In this document: in pieces, positions 39,106 through 53,589 of the stretch
Numbering within the stretch: position 1 is the first letter of the stretch
Layout of the letters: each line of letters starts with the position of its first letter
From: Chiloscyllium plagiosum
Lineage: Eukaryota
Direction of reading: 5' to 3'
Length of the DNA stretch: 59,507 nt
Assembly: GCF_004010195.1 (NCBI RefSeq)
Contig: NW_025215381.1
Location: 472,053 to 531,559 of the forward strand
The notes under the pieces: generated by a model
What the model saw: only the letters and a program-made list of their open reading frames with translations
The model's database searches: none
Told to the model about the DNA's origin: nothing
Made by a program: the position numbers and the translations under genes

Positions 39106-39567
39106 CAAGGTATAAGTAGGCAGAGAAAGAGTTAAGTTCTGAGTTTTGTGAAACAAGAGGTTCAGCTGAGCATGACTCAGATCAGATAAGAACTTACAGT
39201 TAACAATGGGGTGCTGGAGGCAAGGGTAATGGGTTAACAAGGTGGAAAAGCATTCATTGCGTGAAGCCAGTTAACAATGTTAAGAACATTCATTGTGTGA
39301 CAGTAAAGGGCTTGGTCTCTGCTATTGATACTCATGGATTGTAACAGTCACCCAATTAACATGCACGTTGCCTTATCTGGATGCTCCTCCCTGGAAAATG
39401 ACTATATAGTTCACTTAGAAACTGCTGTTCCAGAGAAGACTGTAAACTCATGTCCCTGTGCACGTGGGCAATCATTCTCCCTCCCTTCAGGGCGGGAGAT
39501 GAAGGAGGTGAAACTACTGTCTCTCCGAGCATTTTGCTTCGATTGAGGGGAGGGAAACGGGACAACA
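39106..39567 (+). repeat. 3' LTR
   Basis: Direct repeat of the 5' LTR; lacks one internal block of about 68 bp and the AATAAA; left boundary uncertain by a few bp. Confidence 0.88.
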
Positions 39568-39684
39568 CCACCATCTCCCCATAGATTTATATAGCAACTT
39601 TGACAATTCCTGGACTCCAAAACTCTTCAAAGCTAAAACATCTTTGCAGTATAAGCACTGGTGGAATGCAGTCAAACTGTGACA

Positions 39685-39930
39685 CATTGGGTAGCACTCT
39701 CACCTCTCAGTCAGAGGATCATAGGTTGAATACCCACTCCAGGCATTTGAGCACAATCTAGCCTGACAGTCGTGTAGTACTGAGAGAGTGTTGCCTTGTC
39801 AGAGGTCATCTTTCAGATGCACTGTGAAACTGTGTCAATCTACTACCTACCTGCCAATCCCTGGGACTACCTTGAAGCAGGGGTGCTCACCCAAAAGTCC
39901 TGGTCACTTTTTAATACAACAATGTAACTT
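39685..39930 (+). mobile_element. Deu-domain-like tRNA-derived SINE, diverged
   Basis: tRNA-like head gggtagcactctcacctctcagtcaga...ggttgaatacccactcc, then tagtactgagagagtgttgccttgtcagagg...tttcagatg. Confidence 0.6.
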
Positions 39931-40034
39931 AAAAATTTAACTTTTATTAAAAAAAAACAACGGATTGAGTTGGGTGCCATTGTTTCTGGGACACCCTGAA
40001 ATTATGAAACTCACCAAAATGCATGTTGATTTAC

Positions 40035-40440
40035 TTAGGCCATTAGGCATGGAGCAGAATCAGGCCATTCAGCCCATCGAGTCTGCTCCACCATTCGATC
40101 TTGGCTGATATGACTCTCAACCCCATTCTCCTGTCTTCTCAATGTATTCCTTGACCCCCTTACCAATCAAGGACCTACCTATTGTGGTCTTAAATACACT
40201 CAACGACTTGGCCTCCAGTACTCACTCCTGGCATTCAGTTACACGGAGTCACCATCTGCAGGCTGAACAAATCCCTCATTTCTGTTCCCTTCACTCTGAG
40301 GCTGTGCCATTGGGTCCTAGTCTCTCCTACAAATGGAAACATCTTTTCCACGTCCATTCTACCCCAGCCTCTCAGTAATTCATGTTCCAGTCAGATGCCC
40401 ACCCTCATCCTTCTGAACTCCATTTAGTACACTTTCAGTG
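40035..40440 (-). mobile_element. CR1 3' fragment
   Basis: ggagcagaatcaggccattcagcccatcgagtctgctcc, reverse CR1 3' UTR and ORF2 end. Confidence 0.75.
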
Positions 40441-40550
40441 TCATAGAACACAGGCCCTTAGCCCCAAGATGTTGTGCTGAACATGACACCAAGTTAAACT
40501 AATCCCTTCTGCTTGCCCGTGGTCCATATCCATCCATTCCTTGCATATTC

Positions 40551-41055
40551 AAAGTTTGTGAGAAGATTTGTAGCTCAGGTGCTCGTTGTTGTGGTTCTGT
40601 TCGCCGAGCTGGGAATTTGTGTTGCAGACGTTTGGTCCCCTGTCTAGGTGACATCCTCAGTGCTTGGGAGCCTCCTGTGAAGCGCTTCTGTGATNNNNNN
40701 NNNNNNNNNNNNNNNNNNNNNNNNNNNNNNNNNNNNNNNNNNNNNNNNNNNNNNNNNNNNNNNNNNNNNACTACTATTCTAGGACAAGCCAAACAGAGAA
40801 CAGCCAGGGAATTCCTAGATGCATGGCACTCATCCACAGATTCAATCAATAAGCACAACCTGGACCCAATATACCGGCCACTGCAATGGACAGCTGGAAC
40901 TGACAACCGGAAGCGGCAGATTCAAACCACTACAAATGCCGGAGGAAAGATCACAGAAGGGCTTCACAGGAGGCTCCCAAGCACTGAGGATGTCACCTAG
41001 ACAGGGGACCAAACGTCTGCAACACAAATTCCCAGCTCGGCAAACAGAATCACAA
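40551..41055. mobile_element. Penelope-like insertion with inverted terminal repeats (contains a gap)
   Basis: GIY-YIG C-terminal remnant TTILGQAKQRTAREFLDAWHSS; inverted arms 40578-40694 and 40939-41055; perfect 16-bp TSD cattccttgcatattc at 40535-40550 and 41056-41071. Confidence 0.92.
40695..40769. other. Assembly gap
   Basis: Run of N. Confidence 1.
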
Positions 41056-41687
41056 CATTCCTTGCATATTCCTGTGCTTATCTAAAATTCCCTTAAATGC
41101 CCTATCATATCTGCCTCCACCACTACCCCTGGCAGCACTTTGCAGGCACCACTATGTAAAAAAAACTTACCCCCACATCTCCTTTGAACTTTCCTCCTCT
41201 TACCTTAATTGCATACCCCCTAGTATTAGATATTTCAACTCTGTGAAAAGGATTCTGACTGTCAAAGCTACCAATCTTCTCAGTTTTATAAACTTCTATC
41301 AGATCTCCACTGAGCCGCTCTAAAGAAAACAACTCTAAGTCTGTCCAGCATCTCCTGATAGCTCATACCCTCTAATCTAGGCAAAATTCTGGTAAACTAT
41401 GTCTGCACTCTCCCCAAAACCTCAACATCCTTCCTGTAGTGTGGTGACCAGAACTGAACCCAATACTCGAAGCGCAACCTAACCAAACCCTTATAAAATT
41501 GCAACAACACTTCCTGACTCTTGCACTCAATGACCCCAGCAATAAAAGCAAGCATGTCATATGCCTTCTTTACCACCCTACCTACTGCCTTAGCCACATT
41601 CAGGCAGCTATGGACTAGGACCCCTAGATCCCTTTGTACATCAATGCTGTTAAGGTTCCAGCCATTAACTATATATTTTCCCTTAAC

Positions 41688-42030
41688 TGGATGTACATTT
41701 AATCACTGAGCTGGAAGGTTAGTTTTCAGATGTTTCATCACCATACTAGGCAACATCTTCAGTGAGCCTCTGAATGAAGTACTGGTGGTGTAGCCCACTT
41801 CCTATTTATATGCTTATGTTTCCTTAGGTTGGTGATGTCATTTCCTGCAGTGATGTCATTTCCTGTTTTTTCTTGGTAGGTGATAAGTGGGATCCAAGTC
41901 ATTGTGTTTGTTGATAGAGTTCCAGTCGGAATGCCATGCTTCTAAGCACGCACAAGAATTCCCAGAAGGCATTCCAACCGGAACTCCATCAACACACACA
42001 TCGACTTGGATCCCATTTATCACCCACTGG
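41688..42030 (-). mobile_element. Penelope-like 3' fragment with a hammerhead motif and an inverted segment
   Basis: Same family as 6364-6880; minus 41726-41765 reads tca-CTGAAGA-t-GTTGCC-tagtat-GGTGAT-GAAAC-ATC-tga; about 41965-42025 is an inverted copy of 41880-41935. Confidence 0.82.
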
Positions 42031-42039
42031 GTGGTAACC

Positions 42040-42610
42040 CAAGTGCATAATCTCAAACTTTCCCACACTGCATTCCATTTCCCACTTCTTTGCCTACTCT
42101 TCTACCCTGTCCAAGTACTCCCGTTTCCTCAACACTACCTGTCCGTTCACCTGTCTTTATGTGATTAGCAAGCTTAGCAACAATGCCCACAGTTCCTTTG
42201 TCCAGATCGCCACTCATTTGTCACCAGCTGCCATTTTGAAAAAGATTCCTTTATCCCTTCTCTGTCTTCTTCTAGTCAGCCAATCCTCTATTCATGTGAG
42301 TACCTTGCTCCTAACATGGGCTCTTATCTTATTTAAGAGTTTCTTGTACAGCACCCGTGAAATCCAAATAGATCACGTCTGCTCATTCTTGGTCTAATTT
42401 GCTTGATGCTTCCTCAAAAAAATCTAACAGATTTGTCAGGATTGATCTTCCTTTGATGAAGTCATAATGATTTGACTCTATTTTCCATCCATTTCTAAGT
42501 ACTCCACAATCTCATCCTTCAAAATGGACTCTAAAACTCCTATCAATAACTGAAATCAGGCTAACTGGCCTATAGTTTCCTGCCTTCTGCCTCCCTCCTT
42601 CTTAAAGGGT
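42040..42610 (-). mobile_element. Old CR1 RT fragment
   Basis: Reverse remnants of AGNYRPVSLIS, GRSILTNLL and WIGL; continues the minus-strand CR1 material. Confidence 0.65.
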
Positions 42611-43622
42611 GCTCTTTAAGCAGGTAATTGCCCGATTATCCGCAATAATGTCAGAATAACTTTTGACAGAAATTTCCAAATCAGCAACAGGTCATCTGCT
42701 TTTCTAATTGTCTTTCCATGTGTTGGGATAGGAAAATGGAAGTTTCATTTATGGAGCAAGGGGTGAGAGACTTGGGAAGGAACAAGGGCAAGAACAAGTG
42801 GACCTGATGGACTTTACTTGCCGTATAAAGGAAAAGCTGCTAAGCATAAGAACCAGCAGCATTTCAATGAAACCTGAACACCAGATACTGCCCTCAGCCT
42901 CCTTGGAGTCAACTCCTCAATTGGGGAGACAGGAGCATTCCTTAGAATGCCAAAAGAAATGGAAACAGATGTATGTGACACAAGAGGGAAGAGGAAACAC
43001 ATGGAGTAGTGCTCTGGGACAACACAGTATATTACAACATTATTTTTAGGAACCCAAAATGTCATAAAAAAGATAAACTTGTATTGAGTGTCTCAATTTC
43101 TGATCTGTTTTATAAGTGGTAAAGGAAAAGAGCTTTAAACTCATTACAATAAATTATAGAATGACTCAATTCTTTAGCTCCTCATGGTAAAAGTCAAGAA
43201 TCTCAACAGGAATTGTTTAAATTTTAGGTTTATTAGAAGATTGAAGCTTTGAAAATCAGAAGTACTGAGATGGCTTTAAGCCCAAATGTGGGCGTATTGC
43301 CTGGGAATCTGATGCACATTCACACCCACATTCACCAACAAGCACTCAGCAATGATTTTAGAGATTAAAACAAAATCACAGTCTCTCTGCAATTCAAAGA
43401 CAAGCAATGCAATAAGACAGCATCAACTAAATTCTGGGGTGTGGGGCAACATCTCTTGGGAAGATTTCTGTACTATCACACATAAGCATTATAGGTCAAA
43501 TGTTCTCTTAATAGAAGAAAGATGTTTGCTGGCCAACAGTTGAACTGCAGTGCCACTCACATCAGTAATATTCATGTAAAGGGTTAAGTAATCAGGTTAA
43601 GAACGCGCAACATCTTGAAGCA

Positions 43623-43819
43623 GGAGAAAGTGAGGACTGCAGATGCTGGAGATCAGAGCTGAAAAATGTGTTGCTGGAAAAGCGCAGTAGGTCAGGCAGC
43701 ATCCAAGGAGCAGGAGAATCGACGTTTCATTCCTGAAGAAGGGCTTATGCCCGAAACGTCAATTCTCCTGCTCCTTGGATGCTGCCTGACCTGCTGTGCT
43801 TTTCCAGCAACACATTTTT
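43623..43819. mobile_element. Penelope terminal-repeat fold-back insertion
   Basis: Same family as 7102-7334; perfect 15-bp duplication caacatcttgaagca at 43608-43622 and 43820-43834. Confidence 0.9.
43729..43764 (+). ncRNA. Minimal hammerhead ribozyme motif
   Basis: attc-CTGAAGA-a-GGGC-ttat-GCCC-GAAAC-GTC-aatt; core intact, stem I weak. Confidence 0.72.
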
Positions 43820-44151
43820 CAACATCTTGAAGCAACCAAAATCAGAACCAAATTCATCAGGTAATAGGGAAGTCTTAACAGAATATTGAGTAAATTGAAA
43901 CTATATTAAAATTACAAACCAACGCAGCATTGTTAGTTAAATAGTATTTATATATAGTCCTGTCTTCAAGTATTTCGAGGACCTGAAACAACTAATGAAT
44001 AGGGTATGTTTCCGGTTCGCCCAGCCGATGGAAAATAATTTATGTTATTTTTTTAAATACAAGTACTTTTTCGTTTTTGTACAATTATCCTACAGTTTCT
44101 GAATACTTCAGGGTGATGGCAAGAACCCATCTCCTCCCACTCTGCAGCCTA

Positions 44152-44427
<276 letters not shown>

Positions 44428-46399
44428 TCAGAAATGAAGGAAATCCAAAGACTGTTTGATTTATGTATCTATATATTTGATCTATTAAAATGAGTATCCA
44501 TCCACAGTCCTTTTGGTTACAAAATTACTCATTTCTGCATTCATGTTTTCCCACATCATCTCACTTCATAATAAGTGAAGTTACAACACAAACAGGCCAT
44601 TTGGTTTATCAGTTCGCTATTTATCTGTCAGGAGATCAAATAATTTGAACCAATCCTGATTTGAACCAAACCAGACTAAGCACCTCACCAATCGAACTTT
44701 GACCACTAACAGTTTCAGGATCCATCTTGGACTTGACTGTAGTCACAAGCAAAATACTAAGGATGCTGGAAGCCCCTTAATAAAAGTAGAAAATGTTCAG
44801 CAGCTTTAACAGCCGCCAGAGTACAGAGAGAAACAGAGTTAACCTTACAGATTTGTGACCTGTCATCAGGCCACAGATGGTCTCCCCCACCCTAAAACTG
44901 ACTGAGGCCATCAAATGACAGACCAGATTAGTCGGCAGCTTTCCAAGGTGGAACTTCCTATCTTAGATATTGTTTTGTGGGTGGACACAACAATTTCTCT
45001 TTGAAGACTCAGTTCTCTGAATGAAATTTCTCCTGACCTCAGTTTTAAATATCCTACACCTAATCACGTATTTATGGCCCCCGGATGACGACTGGAAACA
45101 TTCTGCTTCCATATTGCTTATCGCATTTTGTTCAGCTTGTGCTGGCAAATGGAAGATGGCTTCACTACAGTGTGGGATGCTAGAAGAATGGGCTGGTGCT
45201 CAGAATGGGTTAGGGTTATCGAAAAATGGCAAAGATATGTTGCATATTTGGGGATTATTACAAGTTTCCACCATAAAGGTAGGCCGTGGGTTACTACTCC
45301 TCCTTGCCAGGTTCTCAAGGATTCCCTCTCTATCTGCTGTAACAAGTTAACACTTCCCATGGACCAGCTTCTATTTCTGCCCTCATTCTAAACCTGCCTT
45401 CCACAAATCACTTCTGCAACACCTCACTCCATCTGATCCACAAGCTGCTCCTCCCTTCACTTCCCCATTGTCCTTGGTTTGTACTTGCTTAAAAAAAAGT
45501 TTTAACTTCCTAGCATTTTCCACTTGGGATGGAAGGTCACTGACCTAACACTAAGATTCTTTTTCTCCTCACTGATCCTTGTGAGCCCGTTTTAATTTAT
45601 GAAGTTATTTGTAAACAGGACTGAGGTGCTGCTGTCTGGGTCAGCATTCATTGTCTATCCTGAACTGTCCTCAAGGTGGTGAGCTGCCCTCAAGTCTCCG
45701 CAGTCCATAGGAGTCTTCTCCAAGACTGATTTCAGATTTAGGACATTCATTGTCTTTTGGTTTGCTGCTTTATCTAACCTATATTTTTCATAATTCAAAT
45801 ACTTGCACCATATTGCTTCTTTGCCTCCATTGTTCCAACAAAAAAAAAGACAACTATCAAGGCTTTCTTGGCATTTGTGCTTCCTGACATTTGACAATGC
45901 TCTAGAGTATGCAGCACGCAAATCAGAATAGTGTACGTAAACAAACAGAGCCGAGAACTTAATTAAAATGGTTGCAGTACACTCTGCAAATCAACAAGTG
46001 GCTAATGCCCCTCTACAAGGGGAGATCTGATCATTAGTTTGGCCTCTTTGTCATTATGCCACAGGGCAATCTATAAAACCAGAACAAAACAGATGGGTGG
46101 AAATCTGTGGTTGCTGTTTGCTTCCTAAGAGTCAAAATGGCACTGATTAGTAGCAATGTTGCTTTGTATCTGGTGATTATATGGAGGCTGGCAAATGAAT
46201 GGAATGTGTTCAAAGTAGTCATTTAACTCAGAGGCACAGATACAAGGTAGATCTAGCAATCACGATTTTAAGATTCTCATCCTGATATGAAACGAAAGGT
46301 GATGCGGGGGTTCGAAGAACTGATGAGGCAGGGGAAGGCAGATAGGTTATTTGACCCTGTCAGGACATAGCTGAGCATGAGCAGCCAGACAGCAAAGAG

Positions 46400-46930
46400 A
46401 ATGAACATGAAGCAACTCTACAGAACTGTATCTGTCTCAACAAGGTCACTGCTCATTTTAATCTCTAAATAGTATATGTCCAACCCTGGCACATAAGACA
46501 ATCCTTTCCTCCCAGGAATCAACTTAATGAACCTTCCATGAACTACTTTCACTGTAAGTATATCACTCTTACACAAGGAGATCAAACTACATATTAGGTG
46601 TGGACTTAATGTTCTGTACAGATTTAAGACTGTCCTACTTTGATAATCCACCCCCTCGCAACAAAGGCTGACATTCTATTTGCCTTCCTAATTGCTTGCT
46701 ATTCCTGCATGCTTAAGTTTTGTGACTCATGTACACTCATATCTCTCTATTGAAGCAATCTGCAGGTTTTCTCCATTCAAATAACATTCTGCTTTTCTGT
46801 TTTTCTTGTCAAAGTGGGATAACTACACCGTTTCCTACATTATACCCCATCTGCCAAATTTCTGCTCACTGATCTATTCACACTCTTTGCAACCTCCTTA
46901 GAATGTTTTTCTCTACCAACCTTTGTAACA
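46400..46930 (-). mobile_element. Old CR1 3' ORF2 fragment
   Basis: ORF 46418-46651 shows VLNLYRTLSPHL and RFIKLIPGRKGLSY. Confidence 0.7.
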
Positions 46931-47419
46931 GCAATAAATTCTTGCAAAGTTCTGCTATGATCCAGTTACCCAGGTGAGGGAACACTTTTACACGAAAAAG
47001 TGGGGTAAGTTTGGAATTGCATTCAACCAAAGGGATTAGATCTAAATAGAGCAGTTAATTTTAAGGGTGAGATTAACAAATTTTAGTTGCAATTATGTAC
47101 TTTTATATCTGTATAAATATCATCAATCATTCGATGATCGCATTGAATGGCAGCAAAGTTGTCGAGGCATTAAATGGACTGTTCTTGTTCATACATTCCC
47201 ACCTGAGCCCCATCCTCCTGCAGCAGTACAAGCTGCCAATTCTGATTTCCTTTAATTCTAGCCTTTTGGCATGCTTAGTTTTTTTTGTGTGGCCACTGTT
47301 TGGCTAGATATTCAGGTCCCCAGGCCCTAAGCTGTCCCCATAACAATACTGTCTCTGTCTCCTTCACTTTCTGGTCAATGTTTAAAATTATTTCAACAAC
47401 CACAAAGTACAATATCAAC

Positions 47420-47970
47420 GAAATTATTTTGACTTTAAAGCAGACACTAGTTTGGGCTCAGTTAGAGTATTGCAGTAATTTGTGGGTGCTGCACCTTCAG
47501 AAGCACATAAAGACACTGGGAAGGTGCAGATGAGGTCTACTACAATGCTTCCAGGGATAAGGAACATCAGCTGTGAAGACAGATTGGGACAGTTTCCCTC
47601 GGAGGTGATGGTCAGGAAATTTGATGGAGGTGATTAAAATCGAAGAGTCCTGTATTGACCAGATAGGGAGAACCTATTTCCAATTGTAAAGGAATCAATA
47701 ATGAGAAGTCACACATTTAAAAGTAGTTGGCGAAAGAAGAAAACAGTTCAGGAGAGAAAACATTTCCACGCAGCAAACGGGTGGGGGTCTGTAATCAGTT
47801 ACCAAAGCATGTAGTCAAGCTAAGCTTCATTGAGGCAATCAAAAGGAATTTGGACTGTTATTTAGAAAGGAAGAATGTGCAGGGTTACAAGGATGGGCAC
47901 TTAAGGGAGCTGGTCATTTGGAGAGCTAGTGCAGACTTGGTGGATCAAACGGCCTCCTTCTGATGCTGCA
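47420..47970 (+). mobile_element. Old CR1 3' fragment
   Basis: TLVWAQLEYC..W..HLQK, followed by a CR1-like 3' UTR. Confidence 0.7.
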
Positions 47971-48601
47971 ACAAGTTTGTGACTGAATTCTAACTCAGCT
48001 CATTTCTGTAATCCATGTCGCACTGTCCATTTTTCACTTTTTTCTATGCTACATACCAGGCGGCAAGCAACTATCCTTTAAGTAAGTTTATTGACCTTGT
48101 TGCAATTAGGTTAACATTGCTATGGCAACTACTAAAAGAGTTACAGCTCAGATTTTTCTGTAAACACACATTGAGGCAAGTCATCAGTCTTAAAATGGTT
48201 TCCACCAGACCAATTAGCTCACACAATGGACAGCATCCATACCCTGCCTTCAGAAATTACTGCTCCTCCCCCACCCTAAACCAATCGAACTTATTTCATG
48301 AATACCTTGCCTGAGATTGAATTTAACCTGAGAGAATGAGAGAGAATCCTCGTCCTCAGCAGCCACAGTGGCCCCAACACTGGCACAATAAGTGATCCCT
48401 TTGAAGAGAAATGGGCATTTTCTTTATGAAGTTACAGAAAGGAGGGGGCTGCTTTCAGAGAACTGCTTGCTGTAAGAAATCAGGCCAAGTTTTAATGTTA
48501 ATACCATTAACCCTTCCAAGTCCTTTCCAGCATGCAAAGATTAAACATGCTTAAAGCAGTTTTGTCTGACAATATTCCCTGGCTAGGTCAGATCAAAGTC
48601 A

Positions 48602-49086
<485 letters not shown>

Positions 49087-52000
49087 ATGAAGGGGCCGAT
49101 AAAGATTGAGGAGCATTTCCTCAGAGTGGAAAGGCTTTGTTGGAAACACAGCGCAATGGGGAGATCAGCGCCCAGGGAAGCAAGGGAACAGCAAGCTCCT
49201 TGCAGCAACGCATCGAGATGGGAGCTTGGGATACAGAGGGGAGGATTGATTCGGGGAAATATTTAAAACACCAAGACAAAGTGATATTTCCTGGGTACAA
49301 AGCCAAGGGTAACCAGGTCCTTCGAATAGACGGCAGATATGTTATCACTGCCAGAGTGGAGAACATCCTTTCCAATCACAGATTGAGTCAGAAATACACT
49401 GAGCTCAATTTCCAGACAGATATGTTCAAAGCAAGAGTCAAGCATGATGTATGAAATGCAAGTTTTTTTTCCCTCCATTCACAATGCACAGCACCCCAGT
49501 TCCAATGAACTTCATGATTCATAGGCTACTGATATTTGTGAAAAGGGACAGACTGAATCCTCATCTGAAATCGAACGTATCCGATGTAAATTCACCCAAT
49601 TAAGGGAAGAATGGAAAGAAGCAATTTAAACCAAATGGTACAATCCAATTAAAGGATTTGAAGGGAAGGGAGATTCAAATACACTGATTTTGTTAGAAGT
49701 GTCCAAGATTATGACAGGTTTGGCTAAGATAAACAAAGGAAAACTGCTTCCATTGATTAACAGCAGATGGACTGGGGTGGGGAGGGATAGATTTAAGCTT
49801 CAGAGTAAGAGACGCAGAAGTTAAAGGGACAATGAGAGGCAGTACTTTTTAAAAGCAATGGATGATGATTCAGGAACTCGCCGCTTATGATTGGGTTGGG
49901 GGGGATGGGTGCTCAAAGTGAGGATGGTTCAAAAGGAAATAGTAGGGGCACTTGAGGGAAACAAAATTACAGGGCTCTGGGTATAGAGTATAGGATATGG
50001 ACTGACTCGATTACTCTGGAGGCAGTATCAATTTGATTCACTGAATGGTATCATTTAGAGCCACAATGGCTCTCCAACCCTCAAAGATTTTCCAGAAGGT
50101 GGCAGATCAAAGTGATGAATTGTTAAAAGGCAAGAACAAAAAAACAACAGCTTCAAACATACGAATGTAACAAAGCTCAGATAAACCTTTTTTAAATCAC
50201 AACTGCGATAGCGGCTAGAGTCTGAAAGGTAAAATTTACAGGGAAAGACCAAAGAAGGTGGGATTGTTCTCTTCATAGCAGAGGAAGCGAAGGAGAATTA
50301 ATAGAGGTGTTCAAAATTATGAGTAGCTCTAATAGAATTGATCAGGAGTTCACAAACTGTGACATGCAAACTACCAGGGATGTGGGAGAAGTGTCTTTTG
50401 GTGGATTTAATTTATGAAAGCTGAATCAATTATTGTGTCACCCATTTCTTAAAACAACATTTTTAATTTAACAGATGCAAAGAAAGTGGGGGGAGAGATA
50501 CTGGGGGAGTCCGGTATAGACTCAATGGGCCAAATGGCCACCAGCTGAGCCTGGCCCAAAACAAAATACATCAGGTAGTTATACCACTTTTAGGAACTTT
50601 CCCCAAATACAAGGGCACTAGAGTGTGGTCCAGGGACAGACACGTTGCTTTGCCCTGGGGAGTAGCACCTCATTTACAAACAGCCCCCATCCAAAGCCCC
50701 CTCCTGGAGCTTTTCAGCACAAGTTAGAGATCAAAAACACAAGCCTTCTTTTCCCAACAATCCTTTTCTCACCCTCCTTCTCAAAATGCAACCCCACCTC
50801 AAATCCCCAGAGCCTTGTCACTGCTGTGGCTAACACTGCCAGGACCACAGCAATGCCAGCGAGGTTGCTTGCCAAGGAAAGACTTCTGCCCAAGTGAGAG
50901 GTGGAGACTCCACCTGCAACCAAGCCCTGAGATTGATATGATCAGCAGGGATTTGTCCCAGACAGGCGGTCCTACTGAGGGTTGGGGACAAGTCCTTCCA
51001 ATCAGAAAAATCCTGCACAGTAAATTTAGAATTTGGAGCTGAATTGGTGGTGAAAAGCAGATTCAATCGCAGGTTTTGAATGAAAGAGGGGTTTCTAAGG
51101 AATACTTTGCAAAGTTCTGAGGAAAGGGCAGGGGAGCAAGGCCAATGGTAGCTTTTAGAAGACCACAGGGTGTCCCTCTGTGATGATTCTAACTATTTTT
51201 AACTCGACTCGTTCAGACATGTTATGCCACACCTCAGAGACAGGTGCAGCTTGAACACAGACATTATGGCCAGGTATGGGGACAGTGCACCAGAGATGCC
51301 AATTCTGAGTCCCTGTTGTACTTAATCTGACAAATTCAAAATCCTTTTGCCGCTTAACAGTGGAGATTGTGGGCAATGTCCTCACATTCTGATTTATGGG
51401 ATGAAAAGTGAGAGTCTGGAAGTCAGGAGACATTTTAAATGCTCTGGTACAGTATAAATTTCAAACCGCTTTCTGCATTCTAGCAGTCATTCAAGCAATG
51501 CTTCAGTATAAAAGCCCATGTTTCCCTTCTTGTGATTTCTGGCTTTTTGTCAAAACTAGGATTCCTAATTGCCACAATGATTAAGTTTAATAAACAACTT
51601 GCCTAGTGGGACCTGTGCACAAAATGTCACACAAATTTAATGACGGCCTTAAGGCATCGGGCTAAATTTAGAGAGTGCAACGGCTGAAATTGGGCATCTA
51701 CCCAAGAGCAAAGATTCACAGCAATAACAAGGAGTGGGAGGAGAAAATAATTGAGCTGCATGGAAATTACAATAATATTGATAAAGAACTTGAAAGGTCG
51801 ATGATTGTCCCAGCCACAAAATGTGAAAAATAGCCAATAATCTCTGACCTGGGTTGTAAACTAGGATGCAACAATCAGAACTGCTCCTCAATGGACCATT
51901 TTCTTTACATGGATTTCAACTGGGTGCAATTATGACAAAAACTTTGGGAAAGTACTGCAAAGCAAACAACTCCAAGATGAGAACAGCAAGGTTGAAGAAT

Positions 52001-52255
52001 TAAATGCAACCAACTTTCCATCATCTGAAATGTTATTGCAATCCTAGATAAAAATTCCCAAGCTGGGACTGTCCAAAAGGTTCAGAGGGGGAATCACATT
52101 CCTGAGAGTTTGTTCAATTGAAAACAAGCATCACAGTCAGGAACTGAAGCCACACTGGACAGGATAAGCTACTCAAGATCAAGTCCATGAATATGACAAA
52201 ATCTGAGCCAAGAGTTTCCTGCTACTGTGCCAACATAATCATGCAGCAAACTTCA

Positions 52256-52525
<270 letters not shown>

Positions 52526-53116
52526 CTAAGGAATGGAACACAGCATGAGTAGGAACATTAATTGAACTTCCTTTCCCTTTCACACAAGTGGGATTCTTAA
52601 AATTGAAAAGGGGCACCTGATATTTCTTAGAAAACCATAAAAGACAACTCCAACTATAAGCAAATTATAGAAACCAGAGCTTGTTTCAAAACATTGACTT
52701 CGGACATTGCAGATGAAAACACAATTTTAATAAACTAAAAATATAAAATTCATACCCTTAAAATGCTCAGTGCATCCTACACAGTTTCAATACCTTACTA
52801 CGTATGCATCTGCTTCAGAGCAATGCAATTTACATCATAGAATTATACTGCCACTGACATACAGGGACAATGACTGGGGAAAATACACTGGTGCAGAAGA
52901 AGATTACAATCGGCACTCTTTTTATAAATTTGTTCAAGCAATAATGAACACCTCTGGCTGGGTCAGCATTTCTTGCCTATCCCCACCTGTCCAGCAGACA
53001 CCCACATTGCTGTGGGTCTGGAGTCACACACAGGCTATACCTGGGTAAGCACCACAGATTTCCTTCTTTAAAAAGGGCCTCTGAGAACCAGATGGGTTTA
53101 TGCAAGAAACTGACAT

Positions 53117-53440
53117 GGGGAGTTAGTAGTGTAGTGACATCATCACTGGACTAATGACCCAGAACAATGTTATGAATTCCACCACAAAAGATGGGGAAAT
53201 TGAACAATCTGGAATAAAAGTAATAAAAAGGTCTACTGGTAACTAAGTAGCCAATGCTAATTGTCATATTAAAATAAAACCATCTGATTCACTAACGACT
53301 TTTCGGGAAGGGTATCTGCCATCCTCACATGGTCTAGCCCTATGTGAATCCAAGCCGACAGCTTGACTCTTCACTGCCTTCAGGGCAATGAATGCTGGCC
53401 AAGTCAGCAACACCTACATCCCACGCATGAATACAAAACA
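53117..53440 (+). mobile_element. LF-SINE-like SINE nested in an opposite-strand copy (52950-53550)
   Basis: ttcactaacgacttttcgggaagggtatctgccatcctcacatggtctagccctatgtga...catcccacgcatgaat. Confidence 0.55.
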
Positions 53441-53589
53441 AAAACATGGTCACCATTAGGCTGGACTTTTCTTCTAGACTTTTACTAAGTTCAAACGTCA
53501 CTATTTATCAAGGTGAGATTTGAACTCATGACTTCAGCCTGGACCTCTGGATAGAACTGGGGACCCAGGTATATGATGCAAATAACACA

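Larger units (their letters stand above)
36496..39567 (+). mobile_element. Non-autonomous ERV-like LTR retroelement
   Basis: Two long direct repeats, TG start and CA end, flanks ccag/ccac (4-bp TSD, one mismatch), PBS and PPT in the expected positions, no recognisable gag/pol. Confidence 0.88.
40441..41685 (-). mobile_element. CR1 3' region interrupted by a Penelope insertion
   Basis: ORFs with YWVQFWSPHYRKDV and FSLERLSGDLIEVYK. Confidence 0.88.

Noticed and set aside
44743..45580. Two further hammerhead-like remnants (about 44840-44870 minus, 45525-45555 plus)
   Set aside because: Core boxes too degenerate to support a ribozyme call.
50625..51066. Cluster of overlapping short ORFs in a GC-richer patch
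   Set aside because: No recognisable domain or fitting splice sites; probably a decayed repeat I cannot classify.
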